63,530 nt of DNA, filler included, from Reticulomyxa filosa (GCA_000512085.1; 20 parts of 20 records of this genome joined end to end with filler, not necessarily neighbours in it); one strand, 5' to 3'; numbered from the whole stretch's first letter, positions 37,255 through 50,482 are shown. Program-made: numbers and translations. The notes: generated by a model not told the origin, from the letters alone.

Positions 37255-38597
37255 ATGTCACAAGCAAAAACTGAAAACACCGCCGCCAAAACCAATGAAA
37301 AAAAAAAGCCAAAGGATAAAGCCGAATTAGAAAAAAGCCAGAATCGCAGAAAACTTAAACTTGCCAAATTAAAAAAAAAAACCAAAATCAGCGTACCGTT
37401 AAGAATATTATGTGAACACTTTTTCATTTTATTTCTTTCGTTCCTTACACTTGTCTTTGCGACATCCTTTTTGAAATCAAAAGAAAAAACAACAAATGAG
37501 AAGAAAAAAAAAACGATGCACAATAACAAAACAATGATAGTATCCCAGAAGGATTAAAAAAGGCATGGGAAAGAGAAACACGTGTTCAATTGGCCATAAA
37601 GAAATTGAAGGAAAAAAAATTGACAGAAGCACCGAAAAAGCGTGAAGCTCAAGCGGAACGAACTAAGAAATATGAGGAGGAGTATCATAAATTGAAAGAA
37701 GAAGAACAAAAGCAGATGTTGGCAGCACGCTTGGAAGGAAACTTTTTCAAACCTTGTGAACCTAAAGTCATGGTTGTCATCCGCATTCGAGGGTGAGTTC
37801 TCTTCGTTGTATCTAACTTTGCAATTTTTTTTTTCCCTCTGTCGCGCACTTGCGCACAAACAAATGTATTTGAACTAAAATGCCATTTTTTTATTTTGGT
37901 GTAAAGAAAGAATTTGGTAGGGTGTTTTTTTTTTTTGAAAAGATGGAAGGAAAAGTTGAAAGAAATTAAGATAAAATAATGGTCGTGTTTGTATGTGATG
38001 CACTAAATAGTATCAATCGTATCAGCCCAAAAGTGAAAAAAGTGCTTCAATTGTTCCGTTTGTTGCAGATACACAATGCAACATTTGTCAAAGTCAACAA
38101 AGCCACCATAAATATGTTGCAACTTATTCAACCTTATGTTGCTTATGGGTATGATTGTATGATTTTGCTCTAGCTTGTTTTTATGAAAAGAAAAAAACGA
38201 CATACGTAATTTCTATAAAAAGCAGTACAACCATACAACAAACCTACATCAAAATTACAGTTACCCGAGCGTAGATACCATCCGAGGTTTGGTTTACAAG
38301 AGAGGATTTGCCAAAATCCGTCACAGACCTGGTGCCATATCGCGAATTCCCATTATGAGCAATGATTTTATTGAGAAACACTTGGGTAAATACAAAATTC
38401 AAACTATTGAAGATATTGTTCACGAGATATACACGGTTGGTCCGCACTTTAGAGAAGTAAGCAACTTTTTGTGGCCATTCAAGCTGAACTGTCCTCGTGG
38501 TGGATACCGACTTAGAAAAAGAAGACATTTCAACGAAGGTGGATCTTATGGCAACTGGGAAAATTACATCAACAACTTTGTTAACCGAATGTTGTGA
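37255..38597 (+). CDS. RPL7: 60S ribosomal protein L7 (uL30), 4 exons; introns 37398-37540, 37793-38010, 38149-38260
   Basis: [51 protein letters not shown]; all joins are in frame. Confidence 0.96.
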
Positions 38598-39127
38598 TGT
38601 GGATGTTTTTTTTTATTTGTTTTTTAACCTGGATTATTTGGAAGGAGGAAAAAAAACATTCTAATTGCTCTCCTGCCAGTTTCGTAAGGAAGTGAATTTT
38701 CTCTAAGTTCAATAACACAATTTTATTGTGCATCCACGACTTTTTGAAAAAATTTCGCAATTTTATTTTACGTCCTGACCCCCTTGACACTCGTAACACG
38801 TTGGCAAAAAATAAACTAGGATTAACTCAATGCTTTAAAATGCAAGTTTATTTAAATATTGATTTTGCCACTTGAACTTAATAATATTGCTGTTTTATTT
38901 ATATCAGCAAAGAAAAGAGCTTTGATCCTTTATATTTAAGACGATACACTCTTTGAGAACATTATCTCCAGAGACACGAGCTATGCCATTGTTTAGAATC
39001 AAATGCTTGTATAAAGTTGAGCAGATTCAACAAGAAAGTGTTACTTTGAAGATTAATAACATTTTCCCTGCAAAAAAAGTGTGATACATAATTTAGGCTA
39101 GGTATATAGATTAATAATTATATATAG

Positions 39128-39238
39128 GTCATCTACAGCAGTGTAGAAGACAAAACTCTCCACATTCTCTCGGCAACACGAAATCCGGTTGGGGTAAGCA
39201 TGGTAGGCACATGCAGCGAAGTCGCTGGCCTTTTCCGG
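39128..39238 (+). ncRNA. Possible structured RNA fragment at a contig end
   Basis: GC-rich cluster of hairpins: TCTACA/TGTAGA; GCATG-7nt-CATGC; AGCGA/TCGCT; enclosing CCGGttGGGG/CCTTttCCGG. Confidence 0.3.
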
Positions 39239-40245
39239 NNNNNNNNNNNNNNNNNNNNNNNNNNNNNNNNNNNNNNNNNNNNTTAATTAATTAANNNNNN
39301 NNNNNNNNNNNNNNNNNNNNNNNNNNNNNNNNNNNNNNTTTTTTTTTTTTCTCCGTATAAAAAAAAAGACATAGAGTGTTGGCTTGCGATTAAAATTAAA
39401 TCACTCCCAGGGAGAAAAAAAAAAGTTCTTTGTCAAACTTTTCTGCACTTTCTAAAGTGCATCAGGCTTCATGCAGAATCGAAAGGACAAGTAACTGCAA
39501 ATTCTTGATGGTTAAAGTGATTCGCATAACTTTGTTAATGAGAGTCCACTGTGTGACGCAAGAATCGCATTTGCTCTCTCAATAAATTAATTGTCTGTCA
39601 CACACCTCAATTGGTGTTGCCTTTTAAATGTTATAAAATTGCTTCATTGCGTTCTACTGATGTTTTGGTGTGAATGCCGCATATGTCGACTAACGACAGC
39701 AGCTGCACTGAATGAATCCCAATTATGCACAAACAACACCACTCAAGTTTAGTATAATGTGCCATTACAATTGTAATTGCTTCTTTTGTACAATCGCAAG
39801 TGTGTTAAGTTGGTTGTTTCTTCAAGTTCAACATCATATAATAATTCATATTAGAACACTATGCTTTGAATGTTGTGTAAACCTATGAATTAATCAAATT
39901 ACTGTACCAATAAACAATGCTGAGCTTCTTTATTGCTGATTTATACTTTTTTTTTAACGGAAAGGTTAACAATTGTAGCTTACAATAAAGCTACCAGTTT
40001 AAAACACGAACGCAATTATTTTTGTATTTTCATTCTGAGATTTATATAAGCTAAATTGTGAGTAAATATATTATTTTTGTGAATACACACAATAGATTTT
40101 ATTTTGTGGATGGTCTAATAGATAAAAGTTGAATTTTTACAGTATCTAAAGCAATTGTCCTCAATATATGTAAGTAAAGCAAAGTCTACAAAAGAAGGAA
40201 CGAGGAGCAAGGGCAGGAGATTGAGCCGAGTACAAAAAAGAAACA

Positions 40246-40884
40246 ATGGCACAAAACGAGATAGAAGAAAAATCCAACACTAAATTGCAGTTTTTGCAAG
40301 AGAAAGATTATGTTTCAATGCCTTGGAAAAATAAGCAAGGTATTACCAAAGAAGTGATGAAGTATCCAGCAGATTCAAACATTGGCAACTTTGAATGGAG
40401 GATATCGATAGCTACATGCAGTACATCTTCAGAATTTTCAAAATTCCTCAATTGTAAGCGCGTCATCATCCAACTTGAGGGCGAGCCGATGGTTTTAATG
40501 CACTCCACTGGAAGTGATGAAAACAAGAGCCAATCAGCACATGAATGCAAACTCTATGAACCTTATATATTTGACGGTGATATAAACACTTCCTCCAAAA
40601 TATCTAATACAGTTACGGATTTCAATGTCATCACAAACAATACAAAGTTTGATTCCAAAGTCGAGGTAATATCCGTACTGGGAAAAAAAAGCATTACTTT
40701 GGACGGACAGTATAATTTTGTGTTTGTTGCCAAAGAGCCGCCCATACAATTAAACGACAAACAAACACTTAAAAAATATGATTCCGTGTACTCACCCGGA
40801 AGCATTAGTCTTGACCTGCAAAATCATAAAACAGAAGTCCCTTCCACAGTTTTTCTCATACAACTCTATTCAAAACAAAAGTGA
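40246..40884 (+). CDS. hutD: HutD/Ves-family cupin protein, intronless
   Basis: MPWKN..G.T.E, FEWRISIA, FS.F....R....LEG, F.G, TDFNV motifs typical of HutD. Confidence 0.85.
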   Translation: MAQNEIEEKSNTKLQFLQEKDYVSMPWKNKQGITKEVMKYPADSNIGNFEWRISIATCSTSSEFSKFLNCKRVIIQLEGEPMVLMHSTGSDENKSQSAHECKLYEPYIFDGDINTSSKISNTVTDFNVITNNTKFDSKVEVISVLGKKSITLDGQYNFVFVAKEPPIQLNDKQTLKKYDSVYSPGSISLDLQNHKTEVPSTVFLIQLYSKQK

Positions 40885-41118
40885 CAATGAGACTCTGAAC
40901 ACTTTTATTATTATTACTATTTGTTTGAGGTTTTGTACGATTATTTGGAATATTTCTTGTTTGAAAAATTAAACGAATTTAAAAAGAGTGAGAACTATCT
41001 TTATTTCTCGACTAATTTTTTTTTTTTTACAATAGCCAACGCAAGCGACAAAAATATATGTGTCTATGGACAATGAAAATAAAACAAGAACGAAGGGGCA
41101 AAAGAAAGCAGACTGTAC

Positions 41119-42093
41119 TTGTTTGATTTTACTGAACCTCTATATAATTCGAAACTAATGGATACTTTTTCAACAATAGATGTTTGGAGATACTATGAGC
41201 AAGAGTATGGTACAAGTCCAGCAAATGCCTTGGTGTTGTATAACTACTGCAAGCAAAACTTAAAAATTAGCGACATTAAATATAGTCAAGCACTGCAAGT
41301 GTTCAAACAGCGCCAAAAAACAGTTAAAAAAAAAAAGAAAAAAGATGATATTTTGTTGTTATTGGAGGTTATATACACGAAAAAAAAAAAAAGTGTGTAT
41401 GTATGTATGTATACACATGTAATATAAATGGATGGGATGGGGATCACATGAAAACTGTACACTTGAATGTAGCAATTGAAACATTCACTGAACTTAAGAC
41501 AGCCACCACCACAAACGAAAATGGTAACGCCAAGTCCTTTGTTGCCACTATCAATCGAAGATTTGGATGAACTGGATTTTGAGGGGACAGGGGACAGTAC
41601 TCCTCAAACGAGTTCAATAGGCAACAATGTCGTCCTTCAAAATACGAATACGAATACGAATACGAATACGAACACGAGCGCAAATACGACATTTGCGACG
41701 TCTCCGCCCGCACCGCTAACGACCGCTGCGAAAGCGGACAAACCAGTGACCTTACGTATACTGCACGACGACAGGACCTCAAAAAAAAATGAACCCAGCA
41801 ATGGGAGCTGGGCAATTGATACTTACAATCAAAGGAGTAGCAATCGTCGTCTCAGTGATGTTGGTATTGTGTCCAGCCATAACGACATGAATAACAACAA
41901 TAATAACAATAATAACAATAATAATAATAATAATAATAATAACAATACAATAAAACGAACCGTAACAACAATACCAATCACAGGTACTTCTTCAGTAGTA
42001 CCTATAACGATGACAAGTTTAACAAAAAAGAGCTCCAATGAAAATGTTGTTATCGGCAAAGATAACAACAACAATATAAATAATAACAATAAC

Positions 42094-42140
<47 letters not shown>

Positions 42141-42963
42141 AAATAATAGCAGTAATGTTATAGGAAACATGACAACTGCCAACGCGAACGGAATCAAATT
42201 GAATGTGCTTCAAAGCCGCACTCTGCATATCGAAATAAAAAGTCATGAGTCCTCCAAAAGCCCTGTGGCAAGGGACAACGATTACCCGCCTGTGTTGTCG
42301 CCCTTGGGATCTCCACTTACCCGTTCCGCCGTTCTCAGTCCTATCTATCATTGTATACGATTGCACGTTTTCTTGCCTTAATTTCATTTTTATATTTTAT
42401 ATATGTATATATATATATTTTTTTTTTTGTAATCTCAAATTGTTCGTTTTTCAAGCTTCGGGTCTTGTGGAACGGAACTTTAACAGCGATGGATCGCGTG
42501 TTGCTACCGACGACGACGACGACGACGAAACAGAATCGAAGCGAAGAGTTGGAAGGCAGCGACAGGGACGAATTGAAGATATCGACAGATAGCAAGAACG
42601 GAAAAAAACGAAAGGAGGCAAGCAAAAACAAGAACAAGGACAAGAACAAGGACAAGAACAAGGACAAGAACAAGAACAAGAAAGATAAGAAAAACGATGT
42701 CGACGTGGTGAATTGCGGAAGTGATTTGTTATCTCCGTCGTATGCCGCCTCGCCAAGTCGCAGCAAGTCATACAACAAGATGTTGATGATGGAAGTCAAC
42801 AACGATAGCCAAAAGCACCAACCAACGACAGATCCGGCTCAAAGTGTCCATCGCACAAAGAGCAAACACAAATCCAAAAAGCAAAAACAAAACTGAACAA
42901 AAAAGAAAACTCATAAAATGCGAATGATGTCGCACGTTCTACGATCAAGTATCACAGTGACGA
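41119..42963 (+). CDS. Multi-exon poly-Asn / KNKD-repeat low-complexity protein, boundaries uncertain
   Basis: ORFs 41119, 41476 and ~42456 separated by intron-like AT-rich segments. Confidence 0.45.
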
Positions 42964-43063
42964 NNNNNNNNNNNNNNNNNNNNNNNNNNNNNNNNNNNNN
43001 NNNNNNNTTAATTAATTAANNNNNNNNNNNNNNNNNNNNNNNNNNNNNNNNNNNNNNNNNNNN

Positions 43064-44031
43064 ATACATACATACATACATACATACATACATACCAAAG
43101 CAAATGCAATTCAATAAAAACAAATCCAAAATGAATTCGAACTCGGTTTTGCCATCTCCATTCAAGCGAAACGCATAATGCAAAATAGCAACAATTAAAT
43201 AAATCGATAAGTCAATTAGTACGATCCACGTGAATAACTTCATTTCTTTTCGCACTAAAAATGCGTCGTGAAACACTGGCGTCTTCACCATTATTATCAT
43301 TAATATCGCTTCGGGAATACTGAACAGGCCAATGTTAATCAATGCAACAATCAAGTTCCACACCTGCGTCGAGGTGTTCACTTCTTCGGGAGAGTCTTCG
43401 GATTTTCCGGTTTTGCTTTCGGCTATCAGCGTTGGCACTGTGAACAACAAAAATGTAATGGTCACAATGGTCGCTATTATGTTACGAATAAAACGGCTGT
43501 TCCCGAGTGTCTTCTTGTGTCGAATATAAAAATCATTCTTTATTGTCGTCGGGTTCAACAATTTATGCCATTCCATATTGATCATTGCTACTGTCCTGTT
43601 TTTTTTTTTCGGTCTGTTCCACCTGCGCACATACGTACATGCACAAATAGGAATCCCCCTCTCCTCCGTTCCTCCTCCTCTGGGTATACCCTCACGCTGC
43701 ACCCTTACCAATTTATATCAAATGACAACAATGTGAATCGCCACACGCAGACGTACATTGCACAGTAATGGAGAAACACTGTCACGTGATATGCCCAATG
43801 ATTCAGATAGTTGACTTCGAGCGTTACGTCAAAGAAGAGAAATATATAAAATACAAAAATCAACACCACGATGCAGTTCGTGAGTAACGATAAATTCACC
43901 CGTCTTTTATGCAAGACTATATCTTTTCGTGATTTGTGTAGCCGGTAGGTCCAGTACACTGCTGTTGTTAGGTAGATAACGTCGAGAATCAACGACAGTA
44001 TTTTGAAAATAAAACGAAAATTAGAAGACAT
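43064..44031 (-). CDS. Multi-pass (about 7 TM) membrane protein, possibly GPCR/7TM-RGS type; 3'-partial
   Basis: Successive hydrophobic helices; KRR after TM1 and FHDAFLVRKEMK before a late TM; intron near 43590-43705. Confidence 0.6.
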
Positions 44032-44401
44032 TTGTTTATATTGAGTGGATATTAGCTAAAACAAAGTTTATTTTTCTCTTTTGTCAGTTACTCACAAACA
44101 GAACGAGTGGACAACAGGAGAAAGGTCACCTTTTGAGAACTCAAGGTCAAGAAATTTTTTGCGCGTAGTCAAGAGCGCATTCTATAAAAAAGAAGTTATT
44201 ATCGTCCAACTATTTTTTTTTAATTTTGTATTCGAGGTTATATAAAACTGATAAATGAAAATAATATTATCATAGAATCTTTGTTTATGGATAAGATAAC
44301 CAACAATCGCGTGGTTTTGACTTTTTTCTGCTGTTGTGTTTTTTTCAAAGAAATAAAAAGAAGGAGTTTTCCAGTTGAAGAGAAAAAAAAGAAAGTTAAA
44401 A

Positions 44402-47400
44402 ATGACAGCGGTGTCACCGTCTGTTGATCTTTCTCACTTAGATGAGAATCAATACTTGGCAGTTACTTCAGACATTGGTCCCATCTTAGTTCATGCAGGC
44501 CCTGGGTACGTCATGTTCTCTAGAACAAAGCACTCCAAAGGAACAAAAAAAGTGAAAAGTTTTTTGTTGGATGCATAATAACGGCATGGAATAAACAGTG
44601 CTGGTAAGACGCGTATCATTGTCGAGCGAATTGCTTATCTCATATTGCACAGAGATATCACCCCGTCGAGTATTTTGGCTCTGAGTTTAAACAAATTGTC
44701 TCTTTTTATATTGCGTTTTGGAAAGGCATCAGAAGAGGAGATATGATTACAACAACAAAAAAAAGCATTTACGAGAAAAGCAGCCAATGAAATGAAAGAG
44801 AGAGTGAATAAGATATTGTCAGAAAAAAAGAAAGAAAATGAAAAAGGAAGCGACGTGGATGTGTATTGTTGCACATTTCATTCATTTTGTCATTTCGTGT
44901 TAAAGAATCATGTCGATATTTTGTTTGAATGGAAGACAACAGAAGAGAAGGGTGATGAAAAAGAGAAAAGCAAATCCGAGACGAAGTCGCAGTTGGTGAT
45001 AAAAAACGCAGACGAGTGTTTGGAGCTCATTCACTCGATAATGAAAACAATGATAGCGAATGAAACAGAAGGGTCGAAGACGGAGACCACTTTTAGTTCA
45101 GACGCGATGCAGACGACGGCAACGGAGATAGCAATGACGATCTCCAAAGCGAAAAATAGTGGAATGAATGCAAAGGACTTCCTAAAGCATGTGCGTAAGA
45201 GCAAAGATAAGACGGATGACAGCGAGATCGAGGACGGAGAAGAGGTAGCAGCAGTGGTGTATGTGGAATATGAGCAAAAGCTACAACAAATGCGGGCGGT
45301 CGACTTTGACGATTTGCTATGGAAAACGTACGAACTGTTCCGATCTCACAAGTCAATCTTGACGCATTACGCGATCACATTTCCACATATCATCATCGAC
45401 GAGTATCAAGACACGAACGAATTGCAATTTCTGTTGGTGCAGCTGTTGGTCTCTGCAAGCGGAGGACAGAGCATCATGGCCGTCGGAGATTGCGATCAAA
45501 GCATCTTCGGCTGGAGGGGTGCCGATCATCAGCAGGTCATTACTTACTTCCGAGACGCTTTTCCCAATCGTCGAGAAATTGTGTTGGCTATGAATTATCG
45601 TTCCACGCTGCCAATTCTGAGCGTCGCCAATCACATTATCAACGTTTTGCAAAGGCAGAGATGTCTCTTTATTCCCCTCTCTCTTGTGTCGCGTCTATGT
45701 ATGTGTATGCAATGTGTGCTCACAGCAAAAAATCGATACCAGCACCGCCAAAAAGCAAATGAAAACTTTGAAGTTTGGTGGTGAAAAAGTCCACTTTGAG
45801 GAATGTCGAAGCGATCAAGGTGTCTTCAATGCAATATGTTTTTTCTTCCTACGTACATACGTCATTGTTTGTTTGTGTTGATATATGGCCCCATTACAGA
45901 CGAGGCGTCCTTTGTCGTCGAACAACTCGGCGCTTTGGCCGAAAAAGATGGCAAAGACAACTTTCACTTTGGCAACTGCGCCGTGTTGTATCGCTCAATG
46001 ATTCAGTCGCGCGTTTTGGAACAAAAGCTCATTGAGTCGCACATTCCCTATTTTTTGGCCGGTCACTCTTCCTTTCTCGACAAAGAAGAAGTGCAAATCC
46101 TCGTTCAATACTTGAAAGTCGTTATCAATGTCAACGACAATGATGCATTGGCCGCCATTGTTTGATTGTCTTTTTCTTTTTTTTTTTTTTTTTTTTTGCG
46201 AATCAATACGTTGATATATGATATGCCAAAAGATCAATGTTCCAAAACGAAAAATTGGCGAAAAAACACTCGAAAAGTTGGAATCGTATCGAAATCAACA
46301 CAATCTATCTTTGTTTCAGGCCTGTGAGGCGATCAGCGCAAACAACAAAGACAGTTCAAAACATGCACCGATCAAATTCGGCAAGGTCTTACGAGATACA
46401 CTGCGCACATTTGTCGCCAACATTCGAACAGTGAAGTCGACTCAAAAAAAAAAAAAAACAACAAAAAAACAAGCAACACAAATACAAACACACACAGCTC
46501 AAAAAATAAAAAGGCCACACAATTGCGTTGTTGATATCAGATCGAAAAAATGAATAATGAAAACAATCCTTTGTCGATTTTGACGGAGTTGATCAATTGC
46601 TTTCAGTACAGAGAGTATTTATCGCGAACATTTCCCAAGACATTGGAATCCAAATTGTCCAATATCAACGAATTATTGCGAATGGCTGAAGCAAACAAAA
46701 CTTTGCCGTTGAAATTGCTTATTGACAAACTACACAAGGATAGCGAAGAACAACACGGAACTCCTTCCAACAAATTGGTTTTGTCCACAATTCATGCGGC
46801 CAAGGGCTTGGAATGGGACAACGTGTTTGTCATTGGATGTGCCATGGGACTGTTCCCACACTACCGCGCCTTACAAAGTACCAAACAACCAAAGCGCTTT
46901 CCTTCGCCCTCTGGTCTCAGTCGAACTGCCAGCAACGAAGACTTGGATAACGCAGATATGGAAGAAGAGAGGAGATTGGCATTTGTGGCTGCGACCAGAG
47001 CAAAAAAAAGACTATTTTTGAGCTATGCCAAATGGAAAACTGCGGAGAGCGTCGATATGCCAACTGTGAGCGATGTTGATAGTGACGAGATGGATGTTCA
47101 GATGGCCGAAAACGCCAATACCATTTCTTCATTTTTTGCCAATTTGCCCAGTGCCTTTGTAAATTATAATCTCTTGTCGACAGCTCCTCATTCTTTGGAT
47201 ACTCCAAAACGAAGAAATAACACATTCATCACCGAAAAAGAAAGGCCCAATGGAAATCAATCACAACATTCTAATCCATCTTCAAAATGCATTGATGGAG
47301 GGTTTGTCACAGTTAAATCTCAAGCCTTTCAATCCATTGTAATGGTTGACTCAAAAACATATATACACAGGCAAAGCAGCTAATTGAAAAAAATGGAAAC

Positions 47401-47850
47401 TTTACCCATGTTCCCAAGAAATTCAAACCTTTGATACCCAAAAATGGGCAGCTGCATTGCAAACACAAACAATCCACTTAAGAGGAACTTTGGCAACATT
47501 GCAAGTAATAGAAACAATGAACCTCTTCAAAAAAAAGTTAACAACTATTTGTGATTACTTTCATTATTTCTCTATGAGTGACTGCTTTGTCCAATCAGAT
47601 ACGAAAAACAAGCGATGGCACAATTGACAACAATATTACGCTTGAAACATCGCAAGAAAAAACTGAAGAAGAAGAGCCGCAACAGAACACACTTCATCAC
47701 ACAACAAAAACAACGACTCTCAAACCAGAAAAAAACATATCTATACTTAAAGATTACCGCTCACACCTGAAATCCAATGCAACTAACTTTTCAAAACAAC
47801 AAACTATAACGATGTTTCTGTCAAAAAATACACCAAAACCATCCAGCTAA
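44402..47850 (+). CDS. SF1 UvrD/PcrA/Srs2-type DNA helicase, multi-exon; 3' end approximate
   Basis: Spliced AGPGAGKT, LTFTRKAANEMKER, TFHSF, IIDEYQDTN, VGDCDQSIFGWRGA, NYRS, AVLYR, IINVPKRKIG, STIHAAKGLEW, EERRLAFVAATRAK. Confidence 0.93.
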
Positions 47851-49309
47851 TATATCATTGTGTCCGCTCAGAGGAAATAAAAAAAGGCTCCAACTGGTTT
47901 TTAGGAAATCAAAGATTCGAAATTTATTTTTGAGCAAAGAATTGTGATTCTGTTTTAATTTGGCTGGTTCTCTTTGGGACCTAATCGGTTTGCGTGTATT
48001 CAAGGCCAGAGAACACTAGAGATTGCAATATATTTAAACTATCCCAAAAAATTTTAGTTGATATTCTTAAGTTAAAATTTGATCTAAAACAAAAGAAATT
48101 TCATTTTGAAGGATAACGTATAATTTACTGTGATGAATATTGCGACACTATCCAGTTGAAAAGTAGTTGTTTTAAGTGACAGTTTTCACTATTGTGTAAA
48201 AATTGTTGTATTCTTTTGAGGAATTTTCTATAGAAAATAGAATATCATAGTAAAAAGATAAATGAGAGCTAACAAGAAAATGAAGAATTACAAACAGTTT
48301 TTGTAAAAAAAACGATTAAGTTGCAATTTACGTATACTAGCTTATCATGTACAATATTTTAAGAATTCAAGTTGTTTATGTAGAAGCAAAATCGAAAAAC
48401 AAAAATCCATATATTGACACATAAAATGCCAACTTATAGAGATGATTGTGTTTCTCAATGAAAAACAACATTTAATCAAAATTAAAAAAAAAATATCTAT
48501 GAATCGTGTAGTTTTTAAATATCATTATTAAGTATTTCTAATTTTTTCAAAAATTTTAATCTTTCATTTGATTTGGTAAAATTTCTTAAAAAAAATTGAC
48601 AATCGTATTTTTCTCGTAGTCATGAAATTTGACAATNNNNNNNNNNNNNNNNNNNNNNNNNNNNNNNNNNNNNNNNNNNNTTAATTAATTAANNNNNNNN
48701 NNNNNNNNNNNNNNNNNNNNNNNNNNNNNNNNNNNNCGACTAACTACAATGAGGTACTGTTGCAAGTGTTGAACCCTATGTACAACTTGACCCTCACAAG
48801 GCTTCTCATAACATTCAATTGTCTCTAGTTTATGTGCGCGATGTTGTTTTTTTTTTGTATTTTCAGACCAACAAATATATATGCATATATATATGTATGT
48901 ATACGTGTATATGTAATGCAATAGACCACAATACTTGCTCATATCGCCGTTATATTCGCCTGCAATTCGTGTGAGCGATCTGTTCAAAGCAAGCAATCAT
49001 TAGATGTTCAATATCATAGTGGACATGATGCAGTCTGGATTTAGCTCTGTGTAAGGGACTCTGAGTGAAGCGTATTTGTTGCTTACTAACATATCTCAAG
49101 AAGATAGTCAGAAGGTGCGACATTTGTTCACAATCTCCCAATCGAGGAATGCAACGGACAGTGTTAGTTGTAACAACAATAACAACAACAATCATAATAA
49201 AGGTAAAAAAAAGGACAACGACTAGCAACTGCACTGTCTAGAGAAAAAGAGACACTCGATAGTGTCGAAACCCGTTTCTTACATGTCTGCGATTTTGGTC
49301 AATGGACAA

Positions 49310-50482
49310 ACGCAGGTACGAAAATTAAAGAAATTGAGGAGGAAAAGAAGCGCAACGACGCCGCAATTGCAAACGTGGAGCAATCCATCGAGATATGCAA
49401 GAGCGAACAAAAGAAAGTTGTCGAAGGCAGGGAGCAAATCGAAGAGACGGAGAACCAGTTGAACAGAAAAGATTCTCTCCTTTTACAGCGAACGCCAAAA
49501 AGTCTTGCCGAAAATGAAAGAAAATTCGAGACAATTACATTATGCAAATCCAATAACTCGAGCATAATCTCAAAGTGGCCCATGAAAAGCAAAGCAAACT
49601 GCAATTCAAGAAGTTGCAGTGTGAACATCTCAAACAAGCATTCCAAGCCAAACTCGAAGAAGTCAGGCAAAATGCATTTGTATTTTATTTTTGTTTTTAA
49701 AGAATTACTAAAATATAATATATACTGTATATCTTATTCATTGCTTGCTCTAGGAGAAGAGATGATACATCCACGAGAAACGGCAGAGATAACGGACAAA
49801 ATCATCGTATTGGAAGATAACAAAAAAATTGAAGCAGTGGCGCTAGGGAACGAAAAGGAAATCAATGAAGAATATGCAAAGTCCGACTACAATATGTTGA
49901 GTATTCGCGGCAAGAAAAAGTGCATGGCCAATATTACCTTGTTCAAAGAGATTCCGGACGAATGCAAAAAACACTTTCTGGATATGAAAAACTATGTTCA
50001 GAAAGATATCAATCATCAATTTGGCGTGATTGTGCAGAGATAAGGACATAAAGGTTAACAACAAGCAATAACAATTCAGTATTCGCTCACACAATCACAT
50101 CTTACACACACAAAAAGGGAAAATTAAATCAACTTTGAGAAAAGGCATTGAGATTAGATGTGAAGATGAAAGGTGATTGATGACTCAACTCAAAACTGCC
50201 AAATTATGGTAAATATAAAAACGTTGAAATGTGAAGAACGATCCTTTACTCAATTTGCATTGGTAATGTCGCTGCAAAACTTTAGCCGTCTTCGTTTTAT
50301 GTGTATGATGAATTTGATGTGCCCATGGACAGTGTCAACCTCATTGAGTGTGCAAATAATCATGGACACACTGACGGCAATATATTTTTATTATCCCATA
50401 TGATATCGATCCTATCTTGAGCTCGGATGCTAAATTCTCCAAAAGACATGTTCTTCGCTTGCAATCTCCCAATGAAAGCTGA
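49310..50482 (+). pseudogene. SMC6-like C-terminal head pseudogene
   Basis: Coiled coil, then TLKCEERSF (decayed LSGGERSF, 50221) and VYDEFDVPMD (50301, different frame); in-frame stops such as 50041. Confidence 0.75.

Noticed and set aside
39198-39238. HDV-like ribozyme (GCATGGT...CAGC...TCGCTGGC resemblance)
   Set aside because: P3 pairing and the pyrimidine-rich L3 are absent, and the downstream part is missing.
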